64,000 bases of DNA from the human T2T-CHM13v2.0 reference genome, Homo sapiens. A program made the position numbers and the translations under genes. The notes beneath the pieces were generated by a model. That model had not been told where the DNA came from. It searched no databases and saw nothing but the letters and a program-made list of their open reading frames with translations. Where the stretch lies: assembly GCF_009914755.1 (NCBI RefSeq), contig NC_060930.1; one strand, 5' to 3'. Positions 51,150 through 64,000 of the stretch are shown here, one piece after another (the stretch's first letter is position 1; every line of letters starts with the position of its first letter).

Positions 51150-52620
51150 CATCAAAACTTCTTAGAATAATTGTCTATACTTATCTCTCTTCTGCCCTGT
51201 CCATTCTCTGCTTAAATTAACTCTGCTTAAACAAGAAGGATTCTCTGCTTAAACAAGTAGGATTTAGTCTCCACCACTTGAAAGAAATTCTTCTTCCCCA
51301 GGCAAGGTCACCATTGGTCCTAATAACATTGCCAAAGCCAGTAGTCAATCCGCTACACTTACCTGTCCCATATTGGATAATTAACTCCTTTTAGAGAACT
51401 TCCTCCTCTATGGTTTCAGTATTATAAGTTTGATTTTTTCTCCCACCTTTAGGCTACTTCTCAGGCTTCTTGGCTGTGTACACCCCCTCAGGGGACTTCA
51501 AGTATGTGAGTGTCCTTCCTCCCTCTCAGTGATTGCTTTTCTAGTTATATTCCCTTAGGTGATTCCATTCAAACCAATATCCCTATCACTATGATGATGA
51601 CATGAAGTCATTATCTCCAAATCTTGCCTCTTTCAGGCCTTCCATGTCTACGCTGGGTATCCAATACGTTTCTTAAACTTAAGGTGGTAAAACATAATTT
51701 ATTTATCTATCCCTATATCCCAATCTGTTCCTTACCAAAGTTTCTCCCTTTCAATTAGTGGTGGCACTCTTCAACAGATATGCTCAGGCCAAATTCATGG
51801 AATTATTTTTTATTTCTTCCTTTTCATCAAATGCCATAAACTCTCTCTCAAATATATATTTCTCCTATGACTAACTTTCATCAGGATTTGTGCAACAATT
51901 TTTATAGATGCTGTGCTTTATACCAGGAGTTTCTTAGATGGCCTCACTCTTCTGTTTCCTTTGCTTCACAATCTGGTTTTTTTTTTTTTTTTTTTTTTGA
52001 GATGGAGTCTCGCTCTGTCACCCAGGCTAGATTGCAGTGGTGCGATCTCGGCTCACTGCAAGCTACGCCTCCTGGGTGCACGCCATTCTCCCTCCTCAGC
52101 CTTCCTAGCAGCTGGGACTACAGGTGCCCGCTGCCACGCCCTGCTAATTTTTTTTTTTTTTTTTTTTAAGACAGTGTCCTCACTCTGTTGCCCCAGCTAG
52201 AGTGCAGTGGCGTGATCTAGGCTCACTGCAACATCCGCCTCCCGGGTTCAAGCAATTCTCCTGCCTCAACCTCCTGAGTAGCTGGGATTACAGGCACGCG
52301 CCACCACGCCGGGCTAATTTTTTTTTTTGTATTTATAGTAGAGATGGGGTTTCTCCATATTGGCCAGGCTGGTCTCGAGCTCCTGACCTCGTGATCTGCC
52401 CACCTCGGCCTCCCAAAGTGCTGGGATTACAGGCGTGAGCCACCGCGCCTGGCCCACAATCTGTTCTTTGTTCTTTCTTTAACTTCTGATTGGAGAACTC
52501 TTTCCAGTTCTTCACCTGACAGTTGTTTTATCATAATGCAATGCTCTACTATAATGTTTAATTTACTGTGAGACAGTGAGACACATTGACGGACTCCTCT
52601 CATTCTACCTTCAAGCTATT
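51150..52620 (+). mobile_element. L2 remnant, interrupted by a compound Alu
   Basis: caaggtcacc…ttgccaaagccagtagtcaat…tgctcaggccaaa. Confidence 0.65.
51977..52454 (-). mobile_element. Compound (trimeric) Alu: full AluSg-like 52149-52454 plus AluY right arm 51977-52148
   Basis: Both parts lie within one TSD, cacaatctg (51967-51975 and 52455-52463). Confidence 0.9.
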
Positions 52621-52642
52621 ATCCTTTTCTCATTCCCAAAGC

Positions 52643-52744
52643 CATATTAGCATATATACATATATTAGCATATATACATATATTAGCATATATACATATA
52701 TTTGCATATATTAGCATATATACACATATATTAGCATATATATA
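52643..52744. repeat. Minisatellite, about 18-bp unit catatattagcatatata
   Basis: Direct reading. Confidence 0.9.
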
Positions 52745-52789
52745 ATTTATTGACTGAGTAAACTTAGTGAACCTAAAATTTTTAGGTCA

Positions 52790-54540
52790 CACAATCATTA
52801 TTGACTCCTGCAAAGCCCTTTCTTAATTTATGTTTACATCCATTACTTTCTCCCTGCAATATGTAACCGTCTATATCTATATATCTATCTATAAAGATAG
52901 ATATCGTTTCTTAAACTTAAGGTGGCAAAACAGAATTATAAGCTTGATTTTTTTTCTACCTTATGGCTACTTCTCAGGCTTTAGATATAGATGGAGATCA
53001 TTTCAGTGTGTTCTTACAAAATCTATATTGTCCTTTCATATAAATGAAACATTTCATATAAATGTTCTTCAAATTTACAAAAATGGAATTGTGTTATGTA
53101 TGTACTAATTTTTCTGCTTTAATCACTAAAGACCATATGTTAAAGATCCATTCCTATTGTATGTTTATCCTGTCTGTTGCATATACTTCTTATATAATAC
53201 TCTAGAAAGTATATATTTCAAATGTTACCTAATCAATAATCCTCCAGTGTTACCCACCACTACAATCAATGCCACCATGAATATCTTACATGTCCTCATA
53301 TAAAACAATGGAAGAATCTCCCTGTAATACTCACCCAAAAATATAATTGCTGTGTAGTAGAATATGTGTATGTATAACTTAAGGAAGAAGTATTACATTG
53401 CTTTCTAGGAGACCTGTACCACACTACATTATCAACAGCAGTGCTTGAGGAACACCATATCTCCACATCGTCTTCACAGTTGGCTTTAAAGAACATCCTA
53501 ATTTTTGTCATTCTAACAAGTATCAAGTAATACGCATTGTTCAAAAAGGTGTAGTCTAATTAAAATCATTTTGACTACATTCTCTCATGTTTGCCAGCTT
53601 TGAGGAATTTTCCTTCTCTATGTTGTCTGTTCTAACACTTTTGCTGTTTTCCTATTGTTTTAAAAATTATTTTTATACTCGATATTAATTTTATGTCTAG
53701 ACATTAATTTCAGGCATTGTATATATATTTTAATATTTTTATCTTTAAATTAATGGTGTCCATGGTATTTTTTATTGATAGAAATTCTTACTTTTTAAGT
53801 TAAGCACATGCATACTTTTTTTCTTAGGGGTTGAGCTTTGGAATTTCTTTAAGAATCCATATTGCCTTATAGATAAAATAAAAATATCATTTTTTGTCTT
53901 GTTTTTGTTTAGTTAACATTATAGTTTTACAATTTATATTTCATTTTATTTTATCTTTTTATATGGTGTTAGATAGGAAAACTTTTTTACATTTCTCCAT
54001 TTAATGTGCCAGGTTTCTAACACTTTTGCTAAATAATCTACCTCTTCCCTTTTGATTTGTGGTGTTACCATTACTTATATTAAATTTGTATATATACATA
54101 GAGAAATCTCTCTTCCAACATATCATTTGGCTTTGCTTGCCCCAATACCACACTGTGCTTTCTTTTTTTTTTTCTACAAATCTTTTAAATATTTTGTTCT
54201 TTCAATTTCCTGCTACTCTCTTACAAAGTTAACCTTTCTATTCACATTTCTCTTCTGCCATTTACATTTTAGATTCCATTGTCAAGTTTCTAAAAACGTA
54301 CATTAAGAATATTGGAACTTCATTGAATAGGTATATAAATTTGAGAATAATTAACATCATTAGAATGCTAATGTCACATTCAAGGGCATCAACTGTCTTC
54401 TCATAATTCAGCTTATCTTCTATTACCTTTATCATGTTTTATATTTTCTTCCATAGATGTTTTATGTATTTTTAATTAGCTCATAAATAGTTTTTTAGTT
54501 TTTGTTGTAAATTGCTTATGTTAAATTATAGATTTAATGC
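52790..54540 (-). mobile_element. Old L1ME-type 3' remnant
   Basis: aaaatggaattgtgttatgtatg…atgaatatctt…catcctaatttttgtcattctaac…ccaataccacactg. Confidence 0.6.
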
Positions 54541-54558
54541 TATTTGTTGTTTCTAAGC

Positions 54559-55285
54559 TGTAGGCAGCTGCCAGGTCAGCTCCATACTCTATCACAGATT
54601 TAGCAAGAAGAAAGAAGCCTAAATGGATTTAGACAATTTATTACTCATGACACAGCAGACCACATGTGCTCCATATTCCCATTGGTTTCACTTTCTCTCC
54701 TATCTACTGGGCCAAGGTAGAGAGGACTCATGTGGATGATAAACACATGATGGATCAGTGACACAGCTGAGGAATACTAAGCTTAGGACTCCTTCAAATC
54801 TTATAGGGATGCTCTGGTAGGCACACACATTCTCCCCTCCAAGGAGATGTATTATCTTATTACCTTGGAAAGTAAGCAAATCTCATCCTGGGAGGAAAAG
54901 GAAGACTTTAGCTTTAAATTTCTGGAATGTCTTGTACAAAAAATCTTAAATTCTGTCATTTCAGCACTTTGGGAGGCCAAAGCAAGAGGATTGCTTGAGC
55001 CCAGGAGTTTGAGACCAGACTGGACAACATAGTAAACCTCATCCCTACAAAAAAAAAAAAAAAAGTAAAAAACGAAGCTGAAGGATCTTTTGAGCCCGGG
55101 AGGTCGAGATTGCAATGAGCCGTGATCATGCCATTACACTTACACCTGGGTGGCAGAGTGAGACCCTGCCTCAAAAAAATAAATAAATAAAAAATAAATC
55201 TTAAATTGACTATAAATGCTTTTGCTTAGAAGACCTAGATTGTCTAGAAACATAAGAGATCTACAAAGAACTATATCCAAATATT
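54559..55285 (-). mobile_element. Old ERVL-type LTR interrupted by AluJ
   Basis: tgtaggcagctgccaggtcagctcc…tttattactca (polyA signal on -)…cttatagg. Confidence 0.4.
54953..55195 (+). mobile_element. AluJ, 5'-truncated, with internal deletion
   Basis: ggattgcttgagcccaggagtttgag (J diagnostics); TSD aaatcttaaatt. Confidence 0.9.
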
Positions 55286-56539
55286 TAGTTATTTCTGATA
55301 GGGTTCCATTTCTCATTTTCAGAGAAAGCTGCCAGGATATGATCAGTGTTCCTAACAGTTCTTGCTGATTAGAAGAACTTCATCAGGAGTTAGTATTCAA
55401 CACTCTACTGTACTGTAATATAATCTTTTTCTGCCTCTACTGCCCCATGCATGCATTATAGATGGGATTCACAAAAACACACAGAGAACAAATATTTGAT
55501 TCCCCGAAGACAGTAATTTCAAATTCAACTTAGAACAAATATATTTTTCTCCAAAAGTCTAATCTATGATTTTATGTGGTTCACTTTATCAATTGATCAT
55601 TCTAATTTTCTTGCCAACCTCTGGCATTCTGAGAAGTTCACCTTCCATTCACATATAAGAAGATGTCCTCATGTGTTTATAGTGTGGCTGTGAGTCATTG
55701 GGTGGCACCAACTCTTTGTGCCATTTCATTTATCTATTTTAAAGCAAACTTTCATCTGATTAGATCTACTTAATTTTGTTATAAATAGTCCTTTCATCCT
55801 ATTGCTGTTTATAGAGTATCCTTCAGTGTATAAAAATAAAGGCAAATATAGCTATAATGTATTTTAGAAATACTCTACTATTACCTTTTCGCTTAACATA
55901 TTTTTATACAATTATTATCTGGAACAAAGTTTCTCAAGCTTTGGTCGACATTAGTATCATCTATGAATTTTTTTTCTTGTATTTGCAATAAATAGAGATG
56001 TTCATATTTACAGAATCAAAATAAAAAACAGTGGAATATATACATGTATACATATATTTTAAATCCTTAAAAGTATTGCTGATAGGCATGATAGTTTGAG
56101 AGCAAATAGCTTGCATGTAGAAAATTTTTAAATAATACATGAAAACTTGTAATTCTATAATGACTATTTTTAATCATGATTTTTTTTAGTGTTCAACCTG
56201 TCACCCTGCTCTTGTCTCAATACAATACACTCATTATTACTACTTCTAAAACTCTTCTTCACTTTCTATTTAGCACATAGAAAATTGATTTTTCTCTCTA
56301 TCAATTTATAAAAAATAGAAGTCATAAAGAACATTTTAATGATATCTTCAGTGTCACAATTTAATTTCTATGCTTGATCTCCAAATTTTACAATTAATTT
56401 TTTCTGTGAATTTTTTTTAAAAGATTAAAAATATAAAAAATTAAAATCTATTGTAATTACAACCAATCATACATGATTATAAATATTTATATTCAACTCC
56501 TTTGTATATGCATCTATTTACAATTCATTTTACAAAAGT

Positions 56540-56760
56540 AACAATAATAGCTAACATGTTAAATGCTACTTTGTAAGGATATTTAATACCAACAGCACCA
56601 CTGTGAGGTAGGTTTATATTAATTTAACCTAAAAGGCGAGGAATCTGAATCAAAGAGTTGAAGTAACTTACCTAAAGACCCATGATTACTAAGAGTAAGA
56701 CTAGGCAATGAGTTTGGCATCTGATTCTGAATATTATGCAGTCAATTACTATATTGCCTC
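56540..56760 (-). mobile_element. MIR
   Basis: ctgtgaggtagg…gaggaatctgaatcaaagagttgaagtaacttacctaaag. Confidence 0.7.
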
Positions 56761-57164
56761 CATATGCAAAACATTTATAACTTGCTTTTTTGTTGTTGGC
56801 TTTTAAAAATATGTTATCAACATATTTGCATGTTATTAAATAAGCTACCACCACAATATTTTTAGTATTTGTATAGAAGTACCATTTATCTTATTAATCA
56901 CTTACTATAGCACTAAATCTACAAGTATATGCTTATGTATTTATTATAAATTTTCATAATTGGGTGATTTTGTCAAAAATAAATATATTTTAAAGCTTTT
57001 GATGTGTTGTGCCCCAAAGAAAAATTGTACAATGTAGCACATCACCACATCCTCTCATTGTTGCATTTCCTCATTCTTCGTATACCCCTACTTTAATTTT
57101 AAACAATATCATTTTTCTGGATTTCTTTCTTAGTGTTCTTTCATCTTTTTTTGCCTCCTTTTAC

Positions 57165-57405
57165 TTTAATTTTTTAAGTAGACAAATAAAAATTGTATAT
57201 ATGTCTGTGGTATACAACATAATGTTTTGAAATATGAATACATTATGGAATGGCTAAATAAAGCTAACTAATATATGCAGTATCTCATAAACTATTGTTT
57301 ACTTGTGGTGAGAACACTTAAAATCTATTCTCTCAGCAATGTTCAAGAATACAGTACATTCTTCCTAACTGTAGTCACTATGTAGTACAACAGATCTCTT
57401 AAACG
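57165..57405 (-). mobile_element. L1MA7/8-type 3' end
   Basis: gacaaataaaaattgtatatat…gtggtgagaacacttaaaatcta…agatctctt. Confidence 0.85.
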
Positions 57406-57764
57406 TCTACTCTTCAATTAGTAATTCTTAGCTTTGAAAATCTATATCTATATCATTGGGGAGTATATAAAGAACACTGAGCAAAATTCTCTTTCTGTTT
57501 AACACACAGACATCCTATTCCATAGAAATGAGACTATTTAAAAGTCCATAAAATGAAGCCATATAAAAGTCTCCAGATTTTGTCTTTCTTTTTCCTCTAT
57601 ACAGTTGTCCTGAATGAGATTATGTATTCCCGAAGCTTCAGATACTAAGAGACACTAAAAATAAATATTTCACTTAATTCTCTGCATACATCCTGAACTC
57701 CAGAGTCATGTTTTCAACTACTTTACATATATTTCTACTTGTATGAGCTGAAGATATCCACATG

Positions 57765-58719
57765 TATCAGGGGAACCAGCCCCAAATATTTCAACGTAGG
57801 TTCTTTTCTATTTTCCCTAAGTGTCAGCCAGTCTGAGAAATAAAGAGAAAGAGTAATAAGAGAGAAATTTTACAGCTGGGCCTCCGGGGGTGACATCACA
57901 TATCGGTAGGTCCTTGATGCCCACCTGAGCCTCAAAACCACCAAGTTTTTATTAGGGATTTCAAAAGGGTAGGGGTGTACAAATAGGGAGTAGGTCACAG
58001 GGATCACATGCTTCAGAGGGCAATAAAAGATCACAGGGCAGAGGGTGAACTTAGAATTACTGATGAGGTTTCATGTCCCCCTGGGCACACATTGTCTTGA
58101 TAAACATCTTAACAGGAAACAGGGTTCAAGAGCAGACAACCAGTCTGACTAGAATTCAACAGGCTGGAATTTCTCAATCCTGGTAAGCCTGAGGGCACTG
58201 CGGGAGACCAGGGTGTATTTCATCCCTTATCTCCAACCGCATAAGACAGATACTCCCAGAGCGGCCATTCATAGACCCACCCCTGGGAATGCATTCCTTC
58301 CCCAGGGTTATTCCTTGCTGGGAAAAGAATTCAGTGATATTTCTCCTACTCACTTTCTGCAAGAAGAAAAATATGGCTCTATTCTGCCTGACCGGCAGGC
58401 AGTCAGACCTTATGGTTATCTCCCTTGTTCCCTGAAAATTGCTGTTATCCTGTTCTTTTTCAGGGTGCTCAGATTTCATATTGTTCAAACACACATTTTA
58501 CAATTTGTACAGTTAATGCAATCATCACAGGGTCCTGAGGCGACATACATCCTCAGCTTACAAAGATGATGGGATTAAGAGATTAAAGTAAAGACAGGCA
58601 TAGGAAATTATAAGAGTATTGATTGGGAAAGTGATAAATGTCCATGAAATCGTCACAATTTATGTTCTTCCATGGCTTCAGCTGGTCCCTCCATTCGGGG
58701 TCCCTGACTTCCCGCAACA
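57765..58719 (-). mobile_element. MER11 solo LTR (HERV-K HML-8)
   Basis: tatcaggggaaccagccc…ggggtccctgacttcccgcaaca; perfect 6-bp TSD cacatg. Confidence 0.93.
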
Positions 58720-59669
58720 CACATGCCCCCCTATTTCCTTGCTTTTATTTAGAAACAAAATGTCTGACATAAAGGAGCAAAAGTCAATATTTGCATAAGA
58801 GATGTTCATATTTACAGAAGTGAAACTGTTAAAATATACCTTGCCAAACATATCTTGATTTCAAAGTAGTGCAGCTTGTAACTGAAGTCTAGTTACTTTA
58901 TATAAAATTTTACCTAGGATTTCGTAGTGTGTATAACTGTTAATGATAATATTACTCAGGCAGAAACACAGTAGTGCTGGCCACTCTAGTCCCTTAGCAC
59001 TTTTCTGCTCTCCTTCCTTGGAGTATTCTTGCTTTTTGAACATTAGAGCTCTCTGAGGTCAATGCCTTACTCCCCTGACTTTGTTCACTATCTACACAGT
59101 ATTATCAAGCTTTTTGGACTAATGCAGAAGTAGAATGGTATGCTTGAAAAACCTTATGTGAATGTCTTTAAAAAACAACTCAGGGGAGTATTTAGCTTCT
59201 CAGGTAGTTGTATTTTGATAGTACCACAAATGGCACAGGATCAACCACTTGTACTTGCTGCCAGGGACAATGCTCTTCCAGAGAAATAAAGTAAATAAAT
59301 ATGTTAGAAATTCTAATAGAATTAAATATGTACATAAATTGTATCTTTATCATGCATTAGAGAAAAGTACACACCTTCATTAACTGATAACATTTTAAAG
59401 ATATTTCATTATTTAGAAGAAAATTGTTTTTGAGAAGCCTGAATTTCACAAAATAAAATAATTATAGATACAAAGAGAAAAATTACTTTTAATTTAAAAA
59501 TATTTCCACAAAATGCCTTTTTAGTTACAGTGAAGAAACCCCAATATTATGAAGACATAGAAACTTTCTGTTAATGCAAAATTGAGGGCACTGAACAAAC
59601 CACAGTACTTACTTTTATTTGCTGACTTTGTGGAACAAAATAAGAAGGGAACATATAAATTTTTAAAGG

Positions 59670-59915
59670 AAGCTCTGCATGGTGGCTCACATCTGTAGTC
59701 CCAGTGTTTTGGGAGGCCCAGACAGGAGAATCACTTGAGGCCAGGAGTTAGAGATGAGCCTGGGCAACAGAGCGAGAGTGTCTGTTGGCCCAGCTACTTG
59801 GGAGGCTGAGGCAGGAGGATCCCTTGAGCCAGGAATTTAAGGCCATATGAGCTTTGATCATGCCACCACACTCCAGTCTCGGCAACAGAGCTAAGTCCTA
59901 TATCTAAAATAAAAA
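59670..59915 (+). mobile_element. AluJ with central deletion
   Basis: Left monomer joined via gtgtctgttgg to cccagctacttggg; J diagnostics ggaggatcccttgagcc. Confidence 0.85.
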
Positions 59916-59920
59916 GTATA

Positions 59921-60095
59921 TCTTTTTATTTAATTTAATTTTATAAATTTATAAATAATTTTACAAATTTATAAATAAAATTTATATAAATAAATTTTAT
60001 AAATTTTAACAAAATAAAATTTATAAATAAGTTTATTTAAAAAATTTATAAATAAATAAATAATTTTATTTATTTAATTTAAAAATAAAAAAGTA
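59921..60095. repeat. Almost pure AT quasi-palindromic low-complexity tract
   Basis: Repeated tttataaa / aaatttataaat. Confidence 0.9.
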
Positions 60096-61574
60096 AATTT
60101 CTGAAGCAAAAGAGGCATCAGAATAAAAAAAAGAACTAGAAAGTTCAGTGTTGATTTTGGTGTACTAAAATAAGTTTCAGATTCATGGTTGTAACTCTTT
60201 GGATAAATAGCCAATTGTTCAACAATTATTAAAATTATGCTCAAGAACTTGTTCTCTTCAGTTGCAGAGTACAAGTTCAAAGCAAATCAAAACCACTTCC
60301 TATTGCAATAGAATTTTGCTCAAGAGAAAAAAAAGAGAGAGAGAGAGACTATTCAAATCTCAAAGTCAAAGCCAAGAGGCTCTGGTGATGAAACAGAAAG
60401 TAAAAAAAAGTCCCCTCTGTTTGTTCTTTCTACCTTCTCCAAGCTCATTGTAATAATCCTATAACTTTACACAGCTGTTTTGTTAGCCAACTCAGACTCA
60501 GGCTGAAAAGAAAAGATTATAAAGTTAAAGAAATTAGGAAAATATTTTTTGCTCCTTCTTACCACTCTTGGAAATGTTGTTTCGCACTAAATGGTCAAAA
60601 GAGGGGAAAAGAGAACAAAGCATTATGTAACTTATGTTAGCTACAAGAATATTAAACATGAATTGTGGAAATAAATCACTTTGTGCTTAGTTGGGGGAAG
60701 ATAATGGCCATTTTTGGCAAAAATGATTGAAACTGGCAGTTAACACTCACTGTTGTATTTTCTTGTTAAAAATACAGCAACGAGAAAGAAAATTGCTGCA
60801 TTCATATATTCCACTTGTTTCTTTCATGCCTCAAGTAAACTTAGATTCCTTTCTCAATTTTCAGCCACTGAAGTAAGTAGGATTTACTTCAAGTAGTTGT
60901 TTCTGAAATTGTTTTCAATTATCTCAATAAGCTTGTTTCTTCAGGCAGCTGAGAATTTTACTTTCCAGAGGCCTCTATTTGAGATAAATTGGCTCACCAA
61001 TGCCTAAGCCTCAAGAATAATACATCAACTCAGACATTTTTTCAGGGTTAAGGAGGAAAACGTGACTGCTTCAGTAATGGTAGACAATCCACTTGACAAC
61101 AGACAAGCTCCTTTATTCAGTGGTGCTAATTCAATAAATATTTACTGAGTAAAAAGGGCCAAGCTCAATGTTGGGTAGATAATAGCAATAAAATTATTTA
61201 TGTTACAGTATCTGAACTCAAATGAAAACACTGGAACTATCTTCAACAAGTAGAGAATTCTTCATTCCAAAACTCATGGAAAAGGTTTATTGATTTATAT
61301 GGTTGAATTGAGATACAACAGAACATGAAGAGGATTAAAATTTGTACTGTAGCTGAGAGAAACTGTAATTATAATAAGGGAAATAACATTTATTACAGGC
61401 TATCCTAACTATGTCACTGAAATTGCTTTTGCAATTCATGTTATTAAAGGCAATGCATAGTATTATTTCCTTATTTTGTCAAATCCACCTGCAGCGTTTA
61501 CTGTGTTTACTACCTTACCTACTTCAAAATACCGTTTGGCTTTCATATGTCAGTGTGTCCCTTTACAATTCTCA

Positions 61575-61650
61575 TTGTTCCCTCATAGCTTAACTGAGAA
61601 ACTTTCTTCTACTTGTTCCCTCATAGCTTAACTGAGAAACTTTCTTCTAC
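61575..61650. repeat. Perfect 38-bp tandem duplication
   Basis: ttgttccctcatagcttaactgagaaactttcttctac x2. Confidence 0.97.
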
Positions 61651-62599
61651 TTTATAACAAGCAAGAAGTTATGTGCTTTGGACTCCACAATTTGAGAGCT
61701 TCTTGCCCTTCTCCAGGTGCACTGCTCCTCACAATGAAAGAAATGGGTGAAAGAGGAAAGAGCATGACCACCTGGAGCCCATCATCCCCCTTCTACAACA
61801 AATTCTAGTGATCCAGAACCCCAGGAATCCCTGCCCCATAAATACTCTTGCTTAAATCAAAGGATATCATGAGCCATTTTTTTTCCATTTTCATTCTTCC
61901 ATGAATGTTCTATGCACATTCACGCACACGTGCAGGTTTGAGAAGTGCCAAAAAACAGCTGTTTGGAGTAAAGGAGATGAACGAACAACATGTTTGCAGG
62001 CAAAGGTGAGCACCATCATCTGCATGCATGTAAGCACCATACGGTATGATAAGAAAGCATGAGTAAGAATGGGCTGTAAACTTGGTTCTGCAGACACTAT
62101 ATTGCACAAGAAACTGGTAAGAGTGGATGCCTCTGAGGTGTTAAATCTTTCATTCACATCCCACTAAAATAATAAAAATTAAATATATTGTTAGTAAGTC
62201 TGGAATATTATAAATTTAAAAAAAATATTTTTGAATAAAAGTAATGAAGGCACCAATAAAAACAGAGAAAAATATTAATTTACAGAATTATGCCATGATC
62301 AAAAACTCAGTGAAATTTCTACCACAATTTCATGTCAGTCTTCAAATAACTTGGCAAGGTAATCCTAACTTCCTAATAATGTATGAGAGTGAGGAAGAGT
62401 CAAGATGATTCTGAAGAAAAATAAGAGGGGGAAGTTAACCTACCAAATACTACGTATGTACTGTAGGTAGGCTATAGTAAATTAAACATTATTAACTAAA
62501 ATCAAGTCATGGAAATGAAAAGAAACATAAATCCAACTCATTAGTATTTTTGGATCTTGGGGTTTAACAGTTGAAGTCTGGATATGTCTGATTGCATCC

Positions 62600-63322
62600 T
62601 TTAAGGGGAAGTTACATGTGTTTCTCAGTTCTATGTATTTGACAGCTAGATACAAAGACTTGATGGAACTCAAGTGTTTGTATGTTTCTTCATTAGAAGA
62701 CATTTATATATCTATTTTTGTTGCTTTTGGAGAAAAGTAGCAAAAATGCTGATGTTGTTCAATGCCTGTTTATTCATTGCAGAGGTGGGTACAAAATGGC
62801 AATATTCTAACTGCATCATTTTGTTTTCATTTATTGGTTAGGATAATTTTATCATATGCTGCTTGTATCTATTATTTCTACAAGGTTTCATTTATGTAGG
62901 AAAGGTAGAATAAATGCTCAATTCTATCCTGTAATTTTCTTATTTTTCAATTTCTCTCTCACCTCTGAAAATCGCCAATTAAAATGTATAAGCTCAGAGA
63001 TTTAAACATATTTTTTCGCCTTTACTCTACATGATTGCAATTCTTATGCATATTGAAGTACAAAATGCCAATTCGCAGGCCAGTGAGAACCCCTTCAAGT
63101 TGACTGTGGTGTCCTTTTCATAAAACCCTCATTGACTTTAAGAGCTTGATATCTCTATCTAGCATGTCAAGACGTTTCAGGCTTACCTTGAACATTTTCC
63201 CCAAAATACCTTATATTTTGGTACTAAATTATATTGCCTAACCACAATTTTGGCACTATGAACGTTCATTGCCATTGTTGCTAATTGGTTCTAGGATTTT
63301 TAGTGGACAAATCTGGGGATAA

Positions 63323-63369
<47 letters not shown>

Positions 63370-63960
63370 TCACACACATATACACACACACACATATATA
63401 TACTGTCATGTTATCACAGATATATAAAATAATATATATAATCATATCTGTTTATACATAAATGTGTGTGTGTGTGTGTGTGTACACATGCATTTGTCAT
63501 GATGTTTAGGGTGATTTCAAATTCAGGACTATGCGGTTTACTTAATCCCCTCTACAATATATCTCTATTGCCTTCTTTCATACAAATTTCCAAAGAAAAT
63601 TTCCCAGCATTTTCAATGATAAAGGGAATAATAAAGAATACAACATTCTTGATTATTCATTTGCTTAATCACACTTTATGATACAATTTATAATATAACA
63701 TTCTTGAAATAATAATACAATGTTAATACTATCACCACCTATTACTGCTCTTATATTGATGTCTCTCTAGTTATTTTGGTTGTCTAAAGTTTTGTCTCTA
63801 GTATATTTTTAGAATGAGCTTATGGGGCAATATTGCCTGAGAATAGTCAGGGAAAATGTTTGATAATAGTTTGTGTCATTAATAACTGAAACTTTAGTTT
63901 AATTGCTGAATATAGATGGTAAATATATAAAAAAGATAAAATGAATTGTAATTAAACAAT
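62600..63960 (-). mobile_element. Old L1MC4/5-type 3'UTR remnant
   Basis: gccagtgagaaccccttcaagttgactgtggtgtccttt…aagacgtttcaggcttaccttg. Confidence 0.55.
63328..63482. repeat. Compound microsatellite: (TA)16, CA-rich stretch, (TG)10
   Basis: Direct reading. Confidence 0.9.
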
Positions 63961-64000
63961 ATTATCTTTATGATATGTAATAGGCATTTACATTGTCTAT

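Noticed and set aside
61900-62160. E-box-containing (cacgtg) unique segment as an enhancer
   Set aside because: A single short motif is insufficient without conservation or chromatin data.

Overview
AT-rich primate genomic DNA, very probably human (AluY/AluYe5, LTR7 and MER11 are present). It looks intronic or intergenic: no protein-coding gene, RNA gene or CpG island can be supported, and the ORF track consists of chance or repeat-derived ORFs. Roughly half or more of the window is interspersed repeats: Alu, L1PA/MA/MC/ME, L2, MIR, hAT MITEs, a THE1D provirus, and solo LTRs (MLT1, LTR30-like, LTR7, MER11). The most interesting signal is a repeat-free, decayed reading frame at about 48,840-49,800 (+). 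Across two or three frameshifts it aligns colinearly, by eye, with bornavirus/mononegaviral nucleoprotein, making it a candidate divergent endogenous non-retroviral RNA-virus element (EBLN-like). Other notable items are locally templated insertions (17.2 kb copied into an L1 at 24.4 kb; a two-piece patchwork at 52.9 kb), three twin-primed L1s (one nested in another), a near-consensus AluYe5, a trimeric Alu and a palindromic higher-order VNTR. All repeat and protein assignments were made by eye against remembered consensus sequences; subfamily calls and the boundaries of old repeats are approximate.
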